Source of the DNA: Shigella phage ESh33 | Reading direction: 5' to 3' (one strand) | Length of the DNA stretch: 64,000 nucleotides | Sequence record: ON528743 | Shown here: piece after piece, positions 39,486 through 48,365 of the stretch | Numbering within the stretch: the stretch's first letter is position 1 | Layout of the letters: each line of letters opens with the position of its first letter | The notes under the pieces: generated by a model | Databases searched by the model: none | Seen by the model: the letters and a program-made list of their open reading frames with translations, nothing else | What the model was told of the DNA's origin: nothing | Position numbers and translations under genes: made by a program

Positions 39486-39559
39486 CTCCGTGTAGCTCAG
39501 TTTGGTAGAGCGCCTGATTTGGGATCAGGAGGTCCAAGGTTCAAATCCTTGTATGGAGA
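39486..39559 (+). tRNA. tRNA-Pro (anticodon UGG), no encoded CCA
   Basis: Acceptor CTCCGTG/TATGGAG with G-U pairs, anticodon loop TTTGGGA, T-arm GGTTCAAATCC. Confidence 0.75.
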
Positions 39560-39561
39560 CT

Positions 39562-39651
39562 GGAGGCGTGGCAGAGTGGTTTAATGCACCGGTCTTGAAA
39601 ACCGGCAGTCGCTCCGGCGACTCATAGGTTCAAATCCTATCGCCTCCGCCA
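39562..39651 (+). tRNA. tRNA-Ser (anticodon UGA), long variable arm
   Basis: Acceptor GGAGGCG/CGCCTCC, anticodon loop CTTGAAA, T-arm GGTTCAAATCC, CCA encoded. Confidence 0.8.
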
Positions 39652-39656
39652 GTTTT

Positions 39657-39732
39657 GCTGATTTAGCTCAATAGGTAGAGCAACTCACTTGTAATGAGAA
39701 GGTCGGCGGTTCGATTCCGTCAATCAGCACCA
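39657..39732 (+). tRNA. tRNA-Thr (anticodon UGU)
   Basis: Acceptor GCTGATT/AATCAGC, anticodon loop CTTGTAA, T-arm GGTTCGATTCC, CCA encoded. Confidence 0.75.
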
Positions 39733-39733
39733 A

Positions 39734-39808
39734 GGCCCTGTAGCTGGAAGGTTCAAGCAAGCGACTCATAATCGCCAGATGGTGGTTCAATTCCACCCAG
39801 GGCCACCA
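39734..39808 (+). tRNA. tRNA with anticodon CAU (Ile2 if lysidine-modified, otherwise Met)
   Basis: Acceptor GGCCCTG/CAGGGCC, anticodon loop CTCATAA, T-arm GGTTCAATTCC, CCA encoded. Confidence 0.7.
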
Positions 39809-39814
39809 AATTAA

Positions 39815-39901
39815 GGGGAGTTATCCCGTAGAGGTAGCGGTGTGGACTGTAAATCCATTGTCATTGCGACTCGGGTGGTTCGACTCCATCACTCCCCACC
39901 A
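39815..39901 (+). tRNA. tRNA-Tyr (anticodon GUA), long variable arm
   Basis: Acceptor GGGGAGT/ACTCCCC, anticodon loop CTGTAAA, T-arm GGTTCGACTCC, CCA encoded; not among the eight T4 tRNAs as I recall them. Confidence 0.7.
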
Positions 39902-39905
39902 ATTT

Positions 39906-39980
39906 GGATGTGTAGCTCAATGGCAGAGCGATCGCCTGTTAAGCGATTGGTTATAGGTTCGAATCCTATCACGTCCGCCA
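39906..39980 (+). tRNA. tRNA-Asn (anticodon GUU)
   Basis: Acceptor GGATGTG/CACGTCC, anticodon loop CTGTTAA, T-arm GGTTCGAATCC, CCA encoded. Confidence 0.7.
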
Positions 39981-40094
39981 AATTTGTGACAACTGTCACA
40001 TTAATATCTACTTGACGCGATTATAGGGGTTGAACTGATCACTCTTCTCTTAATTTCGTGTGAAGACATCATGATTGTTGGAGTAGATATTAAT
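39981..40094 (+). ncRNA. 114-nt structured spacer inside the tRNA array; candidate small stable RNA or processing element
   Basis: No ORF; long-range inverted repeat CATTAATATCTAC (39998-40010) / GTAGATATTAATG (40083-40095) and local palindrome GTGACAACTGTCAC. Confidence 0.3.
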
Positions 40095-40170
40095 GTGGCC
40101 GTAGTTCAGTTGGTAGAACTCGAGATTGTGATTCTCGTAGTCATGGGTTCGACTCCCATCGGTCACCCCA
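40095..40170 (+). tRNA. tRNA-His (anticodon GUG); position -1 is T, so no encoded G-1
   Basis: Acceptor GTGGCCG/CGGTCAC, anticodon loop TTGTGAT, T-arm GGGTTCGACTCCC, CCA encoded. Confidence 0.7.
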
Positions 40171-40174
40171 ATTA

Positions 40175-40250
40175 CGGGGCATAGCTCAGAAGGAAGAGCA
40201 AGGACCTTCTAAGTCCTAGGTCGTAGGTTCGATCCCTACTGCCTCGACCA
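40175..40250 (+). tRNA. tRNA-Arg (anticodon UCU)
   Basis: Acceptor CGGGGCA/TGCCTCG, anticodon loop CTTCTAA, T-arm GGTTCGATCCC, CCA encoded. Confidence 0.75.
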
Positions 40251-40268
40251 ATTATAAGTGAGGAAAAT

Positions 40269-40619
40269 ATGAAAGGTAATGTTTATTTAGTAGTTCATGA
40301 TTTAACATTCTATTTTAATCATAATGATACTGCTATTTCTGAACGTGTAATTAATTTACTTTATCAGCATGCAGATTATGTTTATGTTGAAAATGAATTT
40401 GGCCATTGGCAATTTCTCAAAAATCGTTCATTTGGTTTAGATGGTTACGAATACTTTGATCGTAAAGACCTTTTAGATACAATTCCATTATCTACACAAT
40501 ATCAAAATCATAAGTCTTTACATAAATGCCGGCTAATTCGAAATGCTGAATCTGCGTATGAAGCAATTGATTTATGGCGTAAACGCCGTGAACAGATTGA
40601 TGCTTTAAAAGAATATTAA
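40269..40619 (+). CDS. hypothetical protein (116 aa)
   Basis: ORF with RBS GAGGAAAA directly after tRNA-Arg. Confidence 0.6.
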   Translation: MKGNVYLVVHDLTFYFNHNDTAISERVINLLYQHADYVYVENEFGHWQFLKNRSFGLDGYEYFDRKDLLDTIPLSTQYQNHKSLHKCRLIRNAESAYEAIDLWRKRREQIDALKEY

Positions 40620-40960
40620 GAAACCGGGTCGCTACCGGTAAGTCGTCGGACTGATGTTCCCTGTTTAAGGACTGGCATTAATAAATCTTTATGTTTTGTT
40701 AATGTCCCCTTATATCACAGCAGAAACGGCGCACCGAATTATCGATTCGAGGAAATATCTTTGCCGTAAGCCGAGTAGCGTTTTTGACGGAACGTTCGGA
40801 TATGGTCGAGATATGGCCTTTTAAAAATATTGAGTAGCGTCAACTGCTTGATAACCGGGTTCGAATCCCGGCGTTTCGTACAAACACTTGCCTTAGCAGG
40901 TGGAACCCCGACAAGGTTGCCGCAAGGCTTAGCCCCAGCCGAAAGGTTGGGGCTTTTTAG
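40620..40960 (+). ncRNA. ORF-free structured region; candidate small stable RNA(s) ending in an intrinsic terminator
   Basis: ~340 nt without ORF; tRNA-like T-arm CCGGGTTCGAATCCCGG at 40854-40870; repeated GAGTAGCGT; terminator 40932-40958. Confidence 0.35.
40932..40958 (+). terminator. intrinsic terminator closing the tRNA / small RNA region
   Basis: GCCCCAGCC-GAAA-GGTTGGGGC then TTTTT. Confidence 0.7.
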
Positions 40961-40968
40961 TATAAATA
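40961..40968 (+). promoter_or_regulatory. late promoter for the IP-like gene at 41005
   Basis: TATAAATA just after terminator 40932-40958, ~37 nt upstream of ATG. Confidence 0.6.
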
Positions 40969-41004
40969 AGTATATTAAATCTACAAATTAAAACAGGAAA
41001 TAAG

Positions 41005-41478
41005 ATGAAATCATATACTCAATTTTTAAATGAAGCGGTGTTAAATGAAGCGTCTAGCACCGAAATTCAAGCTGTCGCAAAAGCAGCCATTGCAGCGGGT
41101 AAATATTCCTATAAAGATGCTTCTGATGAATCACGATTCCAATTTGCTCGCGACATGAAAGCAGAAGGATTTACGGGGAATGCTGTTAGTATGGCCTGGA
41201 AAAGTTTAGTTGCTACTGGCGCTGCTTTTGCAAAGGCTTCAGGTAAACCTGCTCCTAAAGCAGATCCTAAAGTCACACAAGAGAAAAATATCGTTAAAGG
41301 AATTATCTCCAAATATGAAGCTATCCTTAAAGAGCTTTTAGTAATCAAAACTGAAGGCCAAAAGCTAGCTCGTGCTTATAGTTTCAAAGATAACCCACAT
41401 GTTCACTCTCTTGAGTATGTTGAAGACATCCAAAAAATTATTAAAGACCGCATTTGGTCTGCTAAACAAATCAAATAA
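41005..41478 (+). CDS. predicted capsid-targeted internal protein (novel IP-like)
   Basis: 157 aa; N-terminus MKSYTQFLNE-A resembles the CTS of ipI/ipII/ipIII with L-N-E cleavage motif; basic Lys/Ala-rich body; late promoter TATAAATA at 40961-40968; terminator at 41487-41514. Confidence 0.6.
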   Translation: MKSYTQFLNEAVLNEASSTEIQAVAKAAIAAGKYSYKDASDESRFQFARDMKAEGFTGNAVSMAWKSLVATGAAFAKASGKPAPKADPKVTQEKNIVKGIISKYEAILKELLVIKTEGQKLARAYSFKDNPHVHSLEYVEDIQKIIKDRIWSAKQIK

Positions 41479-41486
41479 CATTCTTA

Positions 41487-41514
41487 GCCCTAGCCAAAAG
41501 GTTGGGGCTTTTTG
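41487..41514 (+). terminator. intrinsic terminator after the IP-like gene
   Basis: GCCCTAGCC-AAAA-GGTTGGGGC then TTTTTG; near-duplicate of the 40932 hairpin. Confidence 0.7.
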
Positions 41515-41647
41515 ATATCTAGGCCTTTCCAGGCCTCTCTAGACATCGTTTAGTTTCTACCCTTTATAATATATTATCCTATCCTTTGATTTCCCCTCCC
41601 TGCCCTAGAATTCCCCAAAACTTTTTAAAAATTTTTTCACAAAACTG

Positions 41648-41676
41648 TTTACATCCTTGTCCTTCCATGGTACTAT
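41648..41676 (+). promoter_or_regulatory. sigma70-like early promoter
   Basis: TTTACA-17-TACTAT with TGG extension; A/T-rich upstream element. Confidence 0.6.
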
Positions 41677-41719
41677 ACAACTATCAACTACTGATACAGA
41701 AAACAACTTGGAGAATGAA

Positions 41720-41983
41720 ATGGATAATTACGGTGAGCTGTTCAACTTCTTTATGAAATGTGTTTCAGAAGATTTCGGTCGTACAGTGAATGATATTAAA
41801 GTTATCGGTCCTGACCATCCGATGTTTGAAACCTATGCAGTAATGGGTAATGAAGATGGTCAGTGGTATACTGTAAAGGTTGTGATTAATATGTTCACTG
41901 CTGAAGGTTATGTTAAACTGTCTTCTAAAGTTTACCATGATAACGATGAAATCGCAGAAGAATATTTCAATAATATGAAATAA
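41720..41983 (+). CDS. hypothetical protein (87 aa)
   Basis: ATG 41720 with RBS GGAGAA downstream of early promoter 41648-41676; track start lies in the promoter. Confidence 0.55.
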   Translation: MDNYGELFNFFMKCVSEDFGRTVNDIKVIGPDHPMFETYAVMGNEDGQWYTVKVVINMFTAEGYVKLSSKVYHDNDEIAEEYFNNMK

Positions 41984-41986
41984 TTG

Positions 41987-42015
41987 TGTACAAACACCAA
42001 GGACGGTGTTATTAT
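41987..42015 (+). promoter_or_regulatory. possible promoter for ORF 42052
   Basis: TGTACA-17-TATTAT with TG extension. Confidence 0.35.
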
Positions 42016-42051
42016 AGACTTATCAAAACAAATACAGAAACGGAGAAATAA

Positions 42052-42228
42052 ATGACTACTTTAATTATTTGGTTTGACGAAAATGAAGAAACATACTGCG
42101 TGAACATTGGCGAAAGCCCAATGCCAGAATTTGAATCTTCGGATAAAAACTCGGTTATATCTTGGGCTGAAGGTTATAAAGCAGCAAAAGGCGATGTTGA
42201 AATAGTTTATAAACTATCCGGAGTATAA
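42052..42228 (+). CDS. hypothetical small protein (58 aa)
   Basis: ATG with RBS GGAGAA; below the ORF-track size cutoff. Confidence 0.45.
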   Translation: MTTLIIWFDENEETYCVNIGESPMPEFESSDKNSVISWAEGYKAAKGDVEIVYKLSGV

Positions 42229-42271
42229 TACTCTCACGGATTTTAAATCTTAATCAACCTAAGGAAATACT

Positions 42272-42865
42272 ATGAACACACTGAAGAAAATTGTTGAGTT
42301 TATTCGCACTAAACTTGGTTCTGCTATGGCTAAAAATTTATCTGTTGAAGAACAGTATACTGCCGCAGCAGCAAAACTACTTGATAAAATTAAAGATCTA
42401 AAAACTGCTTCTGTTAAATCTATTAATGAAGAAAAGCGTATTCGTGAACTTATTGTCGAAAAGAATAAGCAGGCCGAATCAAAAGAGCGTGAAATTCGCA
42501 AGCTTCTTTCGGAAGGTCAAGATGTAACAATGCATGCTAAACTTGGTTTACTATATCGTCGAACAGCTGAGCAGTTGACTACTAAAGCTGATGGTTATGC
42601 TGAAATGCGAATTGAAATCGCCAAGAAAGTAGTTGAGTTAGATGATGCTCGCCAAGAACTTGCAGTTAAATTGGAATATATCCGTGAAACTCGCGCCGCG
42701 AATGCCCTCGGAATTAGTACTGCTGATGATGTAGTTGAAATTGCAGCACTGACTAAGGTTGATATTGAAGATACTCTTGCTCGAGTTGAAACCTTTAATG
42801 GCAATATTTCTGGGGTTGAAACTACCTCTGCCGATGTTCAGGAATATATTAATTCTCTGAAATAA
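42272..42865 (+). CDS. coiled-coil protein of unknown function (197 aa)
   Basis: Charged helical sequence; followed by terminator 42872-42892. Confidence 0.6.
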
Positions 42866-42871
42866 TGATAA

Positions 42872-42892
42872 GGGGCTTCGGCCCCTATTACT
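42872..42892 (+). terminator. intrinsic terminator-like hairpin
   Basis: GGGGC-TTCG-GCCCC, weak T-tract. Confidence 0.5.
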
Positions 42893-42906
42893 TGGAGTAA
42901 GTAGGA

Positions 42907-43512
42907 ATGAAAATGCAAAGTGATTTCAATTCAATGTTTGAAGAGTTCCAAAGACGAGTTGATGTTCCGGACCAATTATTAAATGCTCTTAAACGTATGG
43001 CAGAAGGACGTAATTATTATTGGGGTTCTTCATATGAAACTGATGAAAGTCTTTCTGGATTTTATAAAGGTAAAAAGTCTTTAATACGTCCTGGAATACT
43101 TATTAACAGTATTGAATCAATTCATTCATTAACATGCGATTTTGACGTTGAATTTACTGATTTTGTTTCTCCTGAATGGACGGTCTGTTATTTAAACGAC
43201 GATTATGATTATCTTGGCGTTTATAGTTTAAGTGATGCATGGTTTAAACGTAATTTACAAAAGTCAAATTTATTCTATATTGATACTACTGTAAAATTTC
43301 AGGGCAAGAAATATTTCTTTACTCTTATAGTTGATTCTGAAACAAAGCATGAAAATAAACGTATTCTTAGTAAAAAGAATATCTTAACTATTGTTGATGA
43401 TCTTTTTGATAAATTCGTAGAAAATCCTAATTTTGAAAGCGATTTATTATTAGAAAAATTTGTTAAGGAATGTAGAGAATATGTCAAAGCCATCACTATA
43501 CCTTCCAAGTGA
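42907..43512 (+). CDS. hypothetical protein (201 aa) ending in the shared FVKECR junction motif
   Basis: RBS GGAGTAAGTAGG; C-terminal FVKECREY shared with the next three ORFs. Confidence 0.6.
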   Translation: MKMQSDFNSMFEEFQRRVDVPDQLLNALKRMAEGRNYYWGSSYETDESLSGFYKGKKSLIRPGILINSIESIHSLTCDFDVEFTDFVSPEWTVCYLNDDYDYLGVYSLSDAWFKRNLQKSNLFYIDTTVKFQGKKYFFTLIVDSETKHENKRILSKKNILTIVDDLFDKFVENPNFESDLLLEKFVKECREYVKAITIPSK

Positions 43513-43873
43513 ACCTGTGAAGTATGAACTAAAGCGTCAGCTAATTCCTACTGATGTATTAATAGGTCCTGTGACAGCTATATCATTTGTAATTCTATTG
43601 ATTGTTGGAATGGTTATAGACTTTATGACTGATATTGAATCTGGCGTAATATTTTTGTTAGTATTAATTCTTCCATTAGTAGTTCCATTTTTATTGGTAC
43701 CTGTAAATTGGGTAGGATATTGGTATCAAGGAAGGCATTATCGTAAACGTGTACGTGAATGGAAAGCTCAGTGTAAAAAGATTAAAAAGGAACACCAGCT
43801 TAAACTAAATATGTATGAATTTAATGAAATTATGAAATTTGTTAAGGAATCACGATGCAAAAGCCAAAACTAA
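43481..43873 (+). CDS. two-TM membrane protein, paralog family member
   Basis: ATG 43481 with RBS AAGGAA embedded in the upstream gene's C-terminal codons; two hydrophobic helices then basic tail ...FVKESRCKSQN. Confidence 0.6.
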   Translation: MSKPSLYLPSEPVKYELKRQLIPTDVLIGPVTAISFVILLIVGMVIDFMTDIESGVIFLLVLILPLVVPFLLVPVNWVGYWYQGRHYRKRVREWKAQCKKIKKEHQLKLNMYEFNEIMKFVKESRCKSQN

Positions 43874-44229
43874 ATAAAGTCAAATATTCTTTTTCTGAGT
43901 CATTTTTAATTTTTGCTGTGGCGTTGGCTGCAGCTCTTGCTGGTAGTCTTATTGGATTAATGATTGACTGTATTATTTTAAACATCCGCAGTAACGTCAG
44001 CGGTATAGTAGATATAATAGAAGTTTGGAGTGAACTTCATTATACTATAGCAATTTCATTATTTTCATTCTTTAGTATCATTTTATATTTTCATTATGAT
44101 AATTTTAAAATAAATTGGCAAAGAAAAAAGGATTACAAAATACAATTAAAAGAATATAATAACTACATGTCTTATATTGAAAATGAATCAATGAAAGAAT
44201 TCGTGAATGATTGTAGGAAAATCAAATGA
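43855..44229 (+). CDS. two-TM membrane protein, paralog family member
   Basis: Two hydrophobic helices then NWQRKKDYK...FVNDCRKIK tail; start overlaps previous gene. Confidence 0.6.
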   Translation: MQKPKLNKVKYSFSESFLIFAVALAAALAGSLIGLMIDCIILNIRSNVSGIVDIIEVWSELHYTIAISLFSFFSIILYFHYDNFKINWQRKKDYKIQLKEYNNYMSYIENESMKEFVNDCRKIK

Positions 44230-44695
44230 TTTTAAAAACTCGCTGGTATGATTTAGATGATGGGGACGATGGCATTTCAGTCGATAGAGTTGACTGGAGC
44301 GGCTGTTCTGAAGATACAAAGAAACGATTAATTAGGGAGTTTAGAATGGGATATCAAGCAGTTAAGCCATCTACTGTAACAGATGATAAATTCGTGTGTA
44401 TTCAAAATGGTCGTGCTAAGTTAACGAACGCTGATTGGTTCACAGATAAGAAGGTTATTCTGTGGTATATTATTAGTTTTCCTGTGACATCATTTGTATT
44501 TTGCTTCTTTGGAGAAAGTCCAGTAGGCAGAACGGAAGATTGGATTCTTTTAATTATACTTGTTAATATTTTTACAGCAGCAGTACTATCAGGAATATGG
44601 TGCGTGTTCATTGAAATGCCATGGCGGTTACGTAGACAGCAAAAGATTTTTGATGAAAAGAAATATACTCAAAATTTAAATAATTTTATCACTGA

Positions 44696-44714
<19 letters not shown>
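44226..44714 (+). CDS. two-TM membrane protein, paralog family member with extra N-terminal domain
   Basis: Hydrophobic helices then PWRLRRQQK...FITECRKLK tail; ATGA overlap with previous gene. Confidence 0.6.
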
Positions 44715-45683
<969 letters not shown>

Positions 45684-45688
45684 AGTTG

Positions 45689-45727
45689 TTTACTTTCTCC
45701 TAGAACTGTGATAGTATATTCACAGTT
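45689..45727 (+). promoter_or_regulatory. sigma70-like early promoter for denV with palindrome flanking the -10
   Basis: TTTACT-17-TAGTAT with TG extension; inverted repeat AACTGTG/CACAGTT. Confidence 0.55.
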
Positions 45728-45742
45728 ACTTGGAGGGATAAA

Positions 45743-46159
45743 ATGACTCGTATTAATTTGACTTTAGTATCTGAACTTGCTGATCAGCATTTAATCGCAG
45801 AATACCGTGAATTGCCGCGTGTTTTTGGTATAGTTCGTAAACACTTGGCAAATGGTAAGCGGGTTAAAGATTTTAAAATATCTTCCGAGTTTATTTTAGG
45901 TTCTGGTCATGTTACGTTCTTTTACGATAAGTTAGAATTTTTGCGAAAGCGTCAATCAGACATTATAACGGAATGCTTAAAACGTGGGTTTAGTATAAAA
46001 GATACTGAAGTTCCTGACATCAGTGATATTCCAGCAGAATGGAAAAATGATTATAATCCATGCAAATCAGCTATTAAATTGAGTCAACAACGACTCGATG
46101 AAAAAATTTTAATGAAGCCACACTGGTACAAGTATTACGGCAAAAATATTTACATTTAA
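45743..46159 (+). CDS. denV: endonuclease V (pyrimidine dimer DNA glycosylase)
   Basis: 138 aa; [17 protein letters not shown]...WYKYYGK close to T4 DenV as recalled. Confidence 0.9.
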   Translation: MTRINLTLVSELADQHLIAEYRELPRVFGIVRKHLANGKRVKDFKISSEFILGSGHVTFFYDKLEFLRKRQSDIITECLKRGFSIKDTEVPDISDIPAEWKNDYNPCKSAIKLSQQRLDEKILMKPHWYKYYGKNIYI

Positions 46160-46168
46160 AGGAAACAT

Positions 46169-46486
46169 ATGAAAACGTATAAAGAATTTATTGCAGAATC
46201 TGCCGCAGGACAACGTGTAGAAGGCGGTTATATCTGGATTGAACAAGTTGAGCCGCCAAGTCGCACTTCTACAGGTAAATGGAAAATCACTGTTGATGGT
46301 CCTGGCGGTAAACGTAGGACTCTTAAAGAAATTAACGGGTACTATGAAGAAGCTCTTTCTGACGCGGGTACTTATATGATGCAAATCATGATTAAAAACC
46401 CAGAAAATCGTTTTGCGGCTAGAGTTTTCCGCCGTATTGGAAATAAGCTTTATGATGCATATTCTAAAAACTTCCCTAAAGAATAA
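46169..46486 (+). CDS. internal protein (ipII-like), capsid-targeted
   Basis: 105 aa; CTS MKTYKEFIAE-S with I-A-E cleavage motif; basic. Confidence 0.75.
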   Translation: MKTYKEFIAESAAGQRVEGGYIWIEQVEPPSRTSTGKWKITVDGPGGKRRTLKEINGYYEEALSDAGTYMMQIMIKNPENRFAARVFRRIGNKLYDAYSKNFPKE

Positions 46487-46502
46487 AAATTAAAGGAAAC
46501 AC

Positions 46503-46976
46503 ATGAAAACATATCAAGAATTTATTACTGAAGCAGCTATTAATTCTCAAATTATTGCTGAATCTTTTACTGATCTTTTGAAATTTAAAAAAGGTCAAAA
46601 AATCACTGCTGTATTGGATGATGGTACAGAAGTTGAGATGGATGTACAAGGATATAATTATGCAGTAGATGGAAAACTGTATAATAAATCTCATGCTAAA
46701 TTTGATTCATTTGACGACTTTGTTAATGCAGTTGAAGATGAAAAAACTCGTCGATCCATTGCAACTGGTGATGCTAAGGTTCTTATGGCACATGGTCATG
46801 AACGCATTCGCGCTAAACAGAATAAAATGGGTGAAGATAATTTTGCATTAGTTGGTTATCAATCTGGTAAACAAACTTATGGTTATCAGCGTACTGCTAC
46901 CATGTATAACAAAAATGGTAAAATCGCTTTCGTGAATAGTAAAGGTTCTGTTCAGTACGTCAAATCATTCAAATAA
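46503..46976 (+). CDS. internal protein (ipIII-like), capsid-targeted
   Basis: 157 aa; CTS MKTYQEFITE-A; leader DNA nearly identical to the ipII-like leader. Confidence 0.75.
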   Translation: MKTYQEFITEAAINSQIIAESFTDLLKFKKGQKITAVLDDGTEVEMDVQGYNYAVDGKLYNKSHAKFDSFDDFVNAVEDEKTRRSIATGDAKVLMAHGHERIRAKQNKMGEDNFALVGYQSGKQTYGYQRTATMYNKNGKIAFVNSKGSVQYVKSFK

Positions 46977-47129
46977 GCAAATAAGAAATATGGGAACAAG
47001 CTGGACCTCATGATTCTATGAGGGATTCCCGCCAACCTGTAATAAGGTCGAGCCCAAGTGCGGTAATGGGTAAATACAGAAATGGACAATTCATGCGCCA
47101 CGGAATGGCCCAAACTTAGAGAGAATAAA

Positions 47130-47669
47130 ATGAGAACATTTTTAACTGGTCCTTATCTATCCCTGATGAATGCTTTTACACACCATTCTGATGCTAGAGT
47201 AGAAGAAATTTGTAAGAATGATTATCTTCCACCAATGGAAGATATGCTCAAACAGTACTGCACACTTCGATTAGATGGTGGACGTCAATCCGGTAAATCA
47301 ATTGCTGTGACTAACTTTGCTGCTAATTGGCTGTATGATGGTGGAACAGTTATTGTTCTTTCTAATACTTCAGCTTACGCTAAAATTTCTGCAGGCCACA
47401 TTAAAAAAGAATTTTCTCGTTATTCTAGCGATGATATTCGATTCCGTTTATTTACCGATTCTGTCCGTAGTTTTATCGGTAATAAAGGAAGCAAGTTCAG
47501 AGGTTTATCGCTTTCGCGGATTTTGTATATAATCGATGAGCCTGTTAAATCTCCTGATATGGATAAAATTTACGATATTCATATTGAAACTGTGCAACAC
47601 TGCTGCAATAGTAAATGTTGCATTGGTGGTATTACTCGTCCACAGTTTTTCATAATCGGAATGCAATGA
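47130..47669 (+). CDS. P-loop NTPase-like protein of unknown function
   Basis: Walker A GGRQSGKS and Walker B-like LYIIDEP; ATG 47130 with RBS; track start 47082 possible alternative. Confidence 0.55.
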   Translation: MRTFLTGPYLSLMNAFTHHSDARVEEICKNDYLPPMEDMLKQYCTLRLDGGRQSGKSIAVTNFAANWLYDGGTVIVLSNTSAYAKISAGHIKKEFSRYSSDDIRFRLFTDSVRSFIGNKGSKFRGLSLSRILYIIDEPVKSPDMDKIYDIHIETVQHCCNSKCCIGGITRPQFFIIGMQ

Positions 47670-47995
47670 TGACAGACACGCAGCTTTTCGAATATCTTTA
47701 TTTTTCGCCAAAAACTATTAAAAATAAATTGGTGAATCATTTTGAAATTTTGGCAAATAACAACGTCTTGAGCGAATTTTATCCTAAGCAATACAAATTA
47801 CAAAAAGGTGTATTCAAAGGATGCAGAGTTTTGTGCACTGCTCCTAACGCGCAGTTAATGAATAAAATTCCATATTTTACCATGGAATTTATTGATGGAC
47901 CTTTTAAAGGACTAATCACCCAAAGTTTAATGGCATATGATTCTGAGCCATTTTTAATTAAAGAACAATCTTGGATAAATTTATTTTCTAATTGA
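47666..47995 (+). CDS. hypothetical protein (109 aa)
   Basis: ATGA overlap with previous stop; track start 47615 is TTG. Confidence 0.55.
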   Translation: MMTDTQLFEYLYFSPKTIKNKLVNHFEILANNNVLSEFYPKQYKLQKGVFKGCRVLCTAPNAQLMNKIPYFTMEFIDGPFKGLITQSLMAYDSEPFLIKEQSWINLFSN

Positions 47996-48002
47996 GGTTT
48001 AT

Positions 48003-48365
48003 ATGAAAGCATATCAAATTCTTGAAGGCACGCATAAAGGTACTATTTATTTTGAAGATGGTATTCAAGCACGAATTATTGTCTCTAAAACCTTTAAAGA
48101 GGACTCTTTTGTAGACCCAGAAATTTTCTATGGTTTGCATGCCCGTGAAATTGAAATTGAGCAACAGCCTACAGTTAAAATTGAAGGTGGTCAACACCTG
48201 AACGTTAACGTTCTGCGTCGCGAAACTCTGGAAGATGCAGTTAAGCATCCGGAAAAATATCCGCAGCTGACCATCCGTGTATCAGGTTATGCAGTTCGCT
48301 TTAACTCTCTGACTCCGGAACAGCAGCGCGACGTTATCGCTCGTACCTTCACCGAGAGTTTGTAA
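48003..48365 (+). CDS. autonomous glycyl-radical cofactor-like protein (GrcA/YfiD-like)
   Basis: 120 aa; C-terminal half ...[31 protein letters not shown] matches the glycyl-radical domain of E. coli GrcA as I recall it; that half has GC-rich host-like codons. Confidence 0.8.
   Translation: MKAYQILEGTHKGTIYFEDGIQARIIVSKTFKEDSFVDPEIFYGLHAREIEIEQQPTVKIEGGQHLNVNVLRRETLEDAVKHPEKYPQLTIRVSGYAVRFNSLTPEQQRDVIARTFTESL

Noticed and set aside
40620-40960. Group I intron or intron-containing tRNA in the ORF-free region
   Set aside because: No split tRNA or split protein gene flanks the region and I could not identify the conserved intron core pairings by eye; left as a candidate stable RNA
42272-42865. 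Assignment of the 197-aa coiled-coil protein as a PspA/IM30 homolog
   Set aside because: Only generic charged heptad character is visible; no family-specific motif could be confirmed without a profile search
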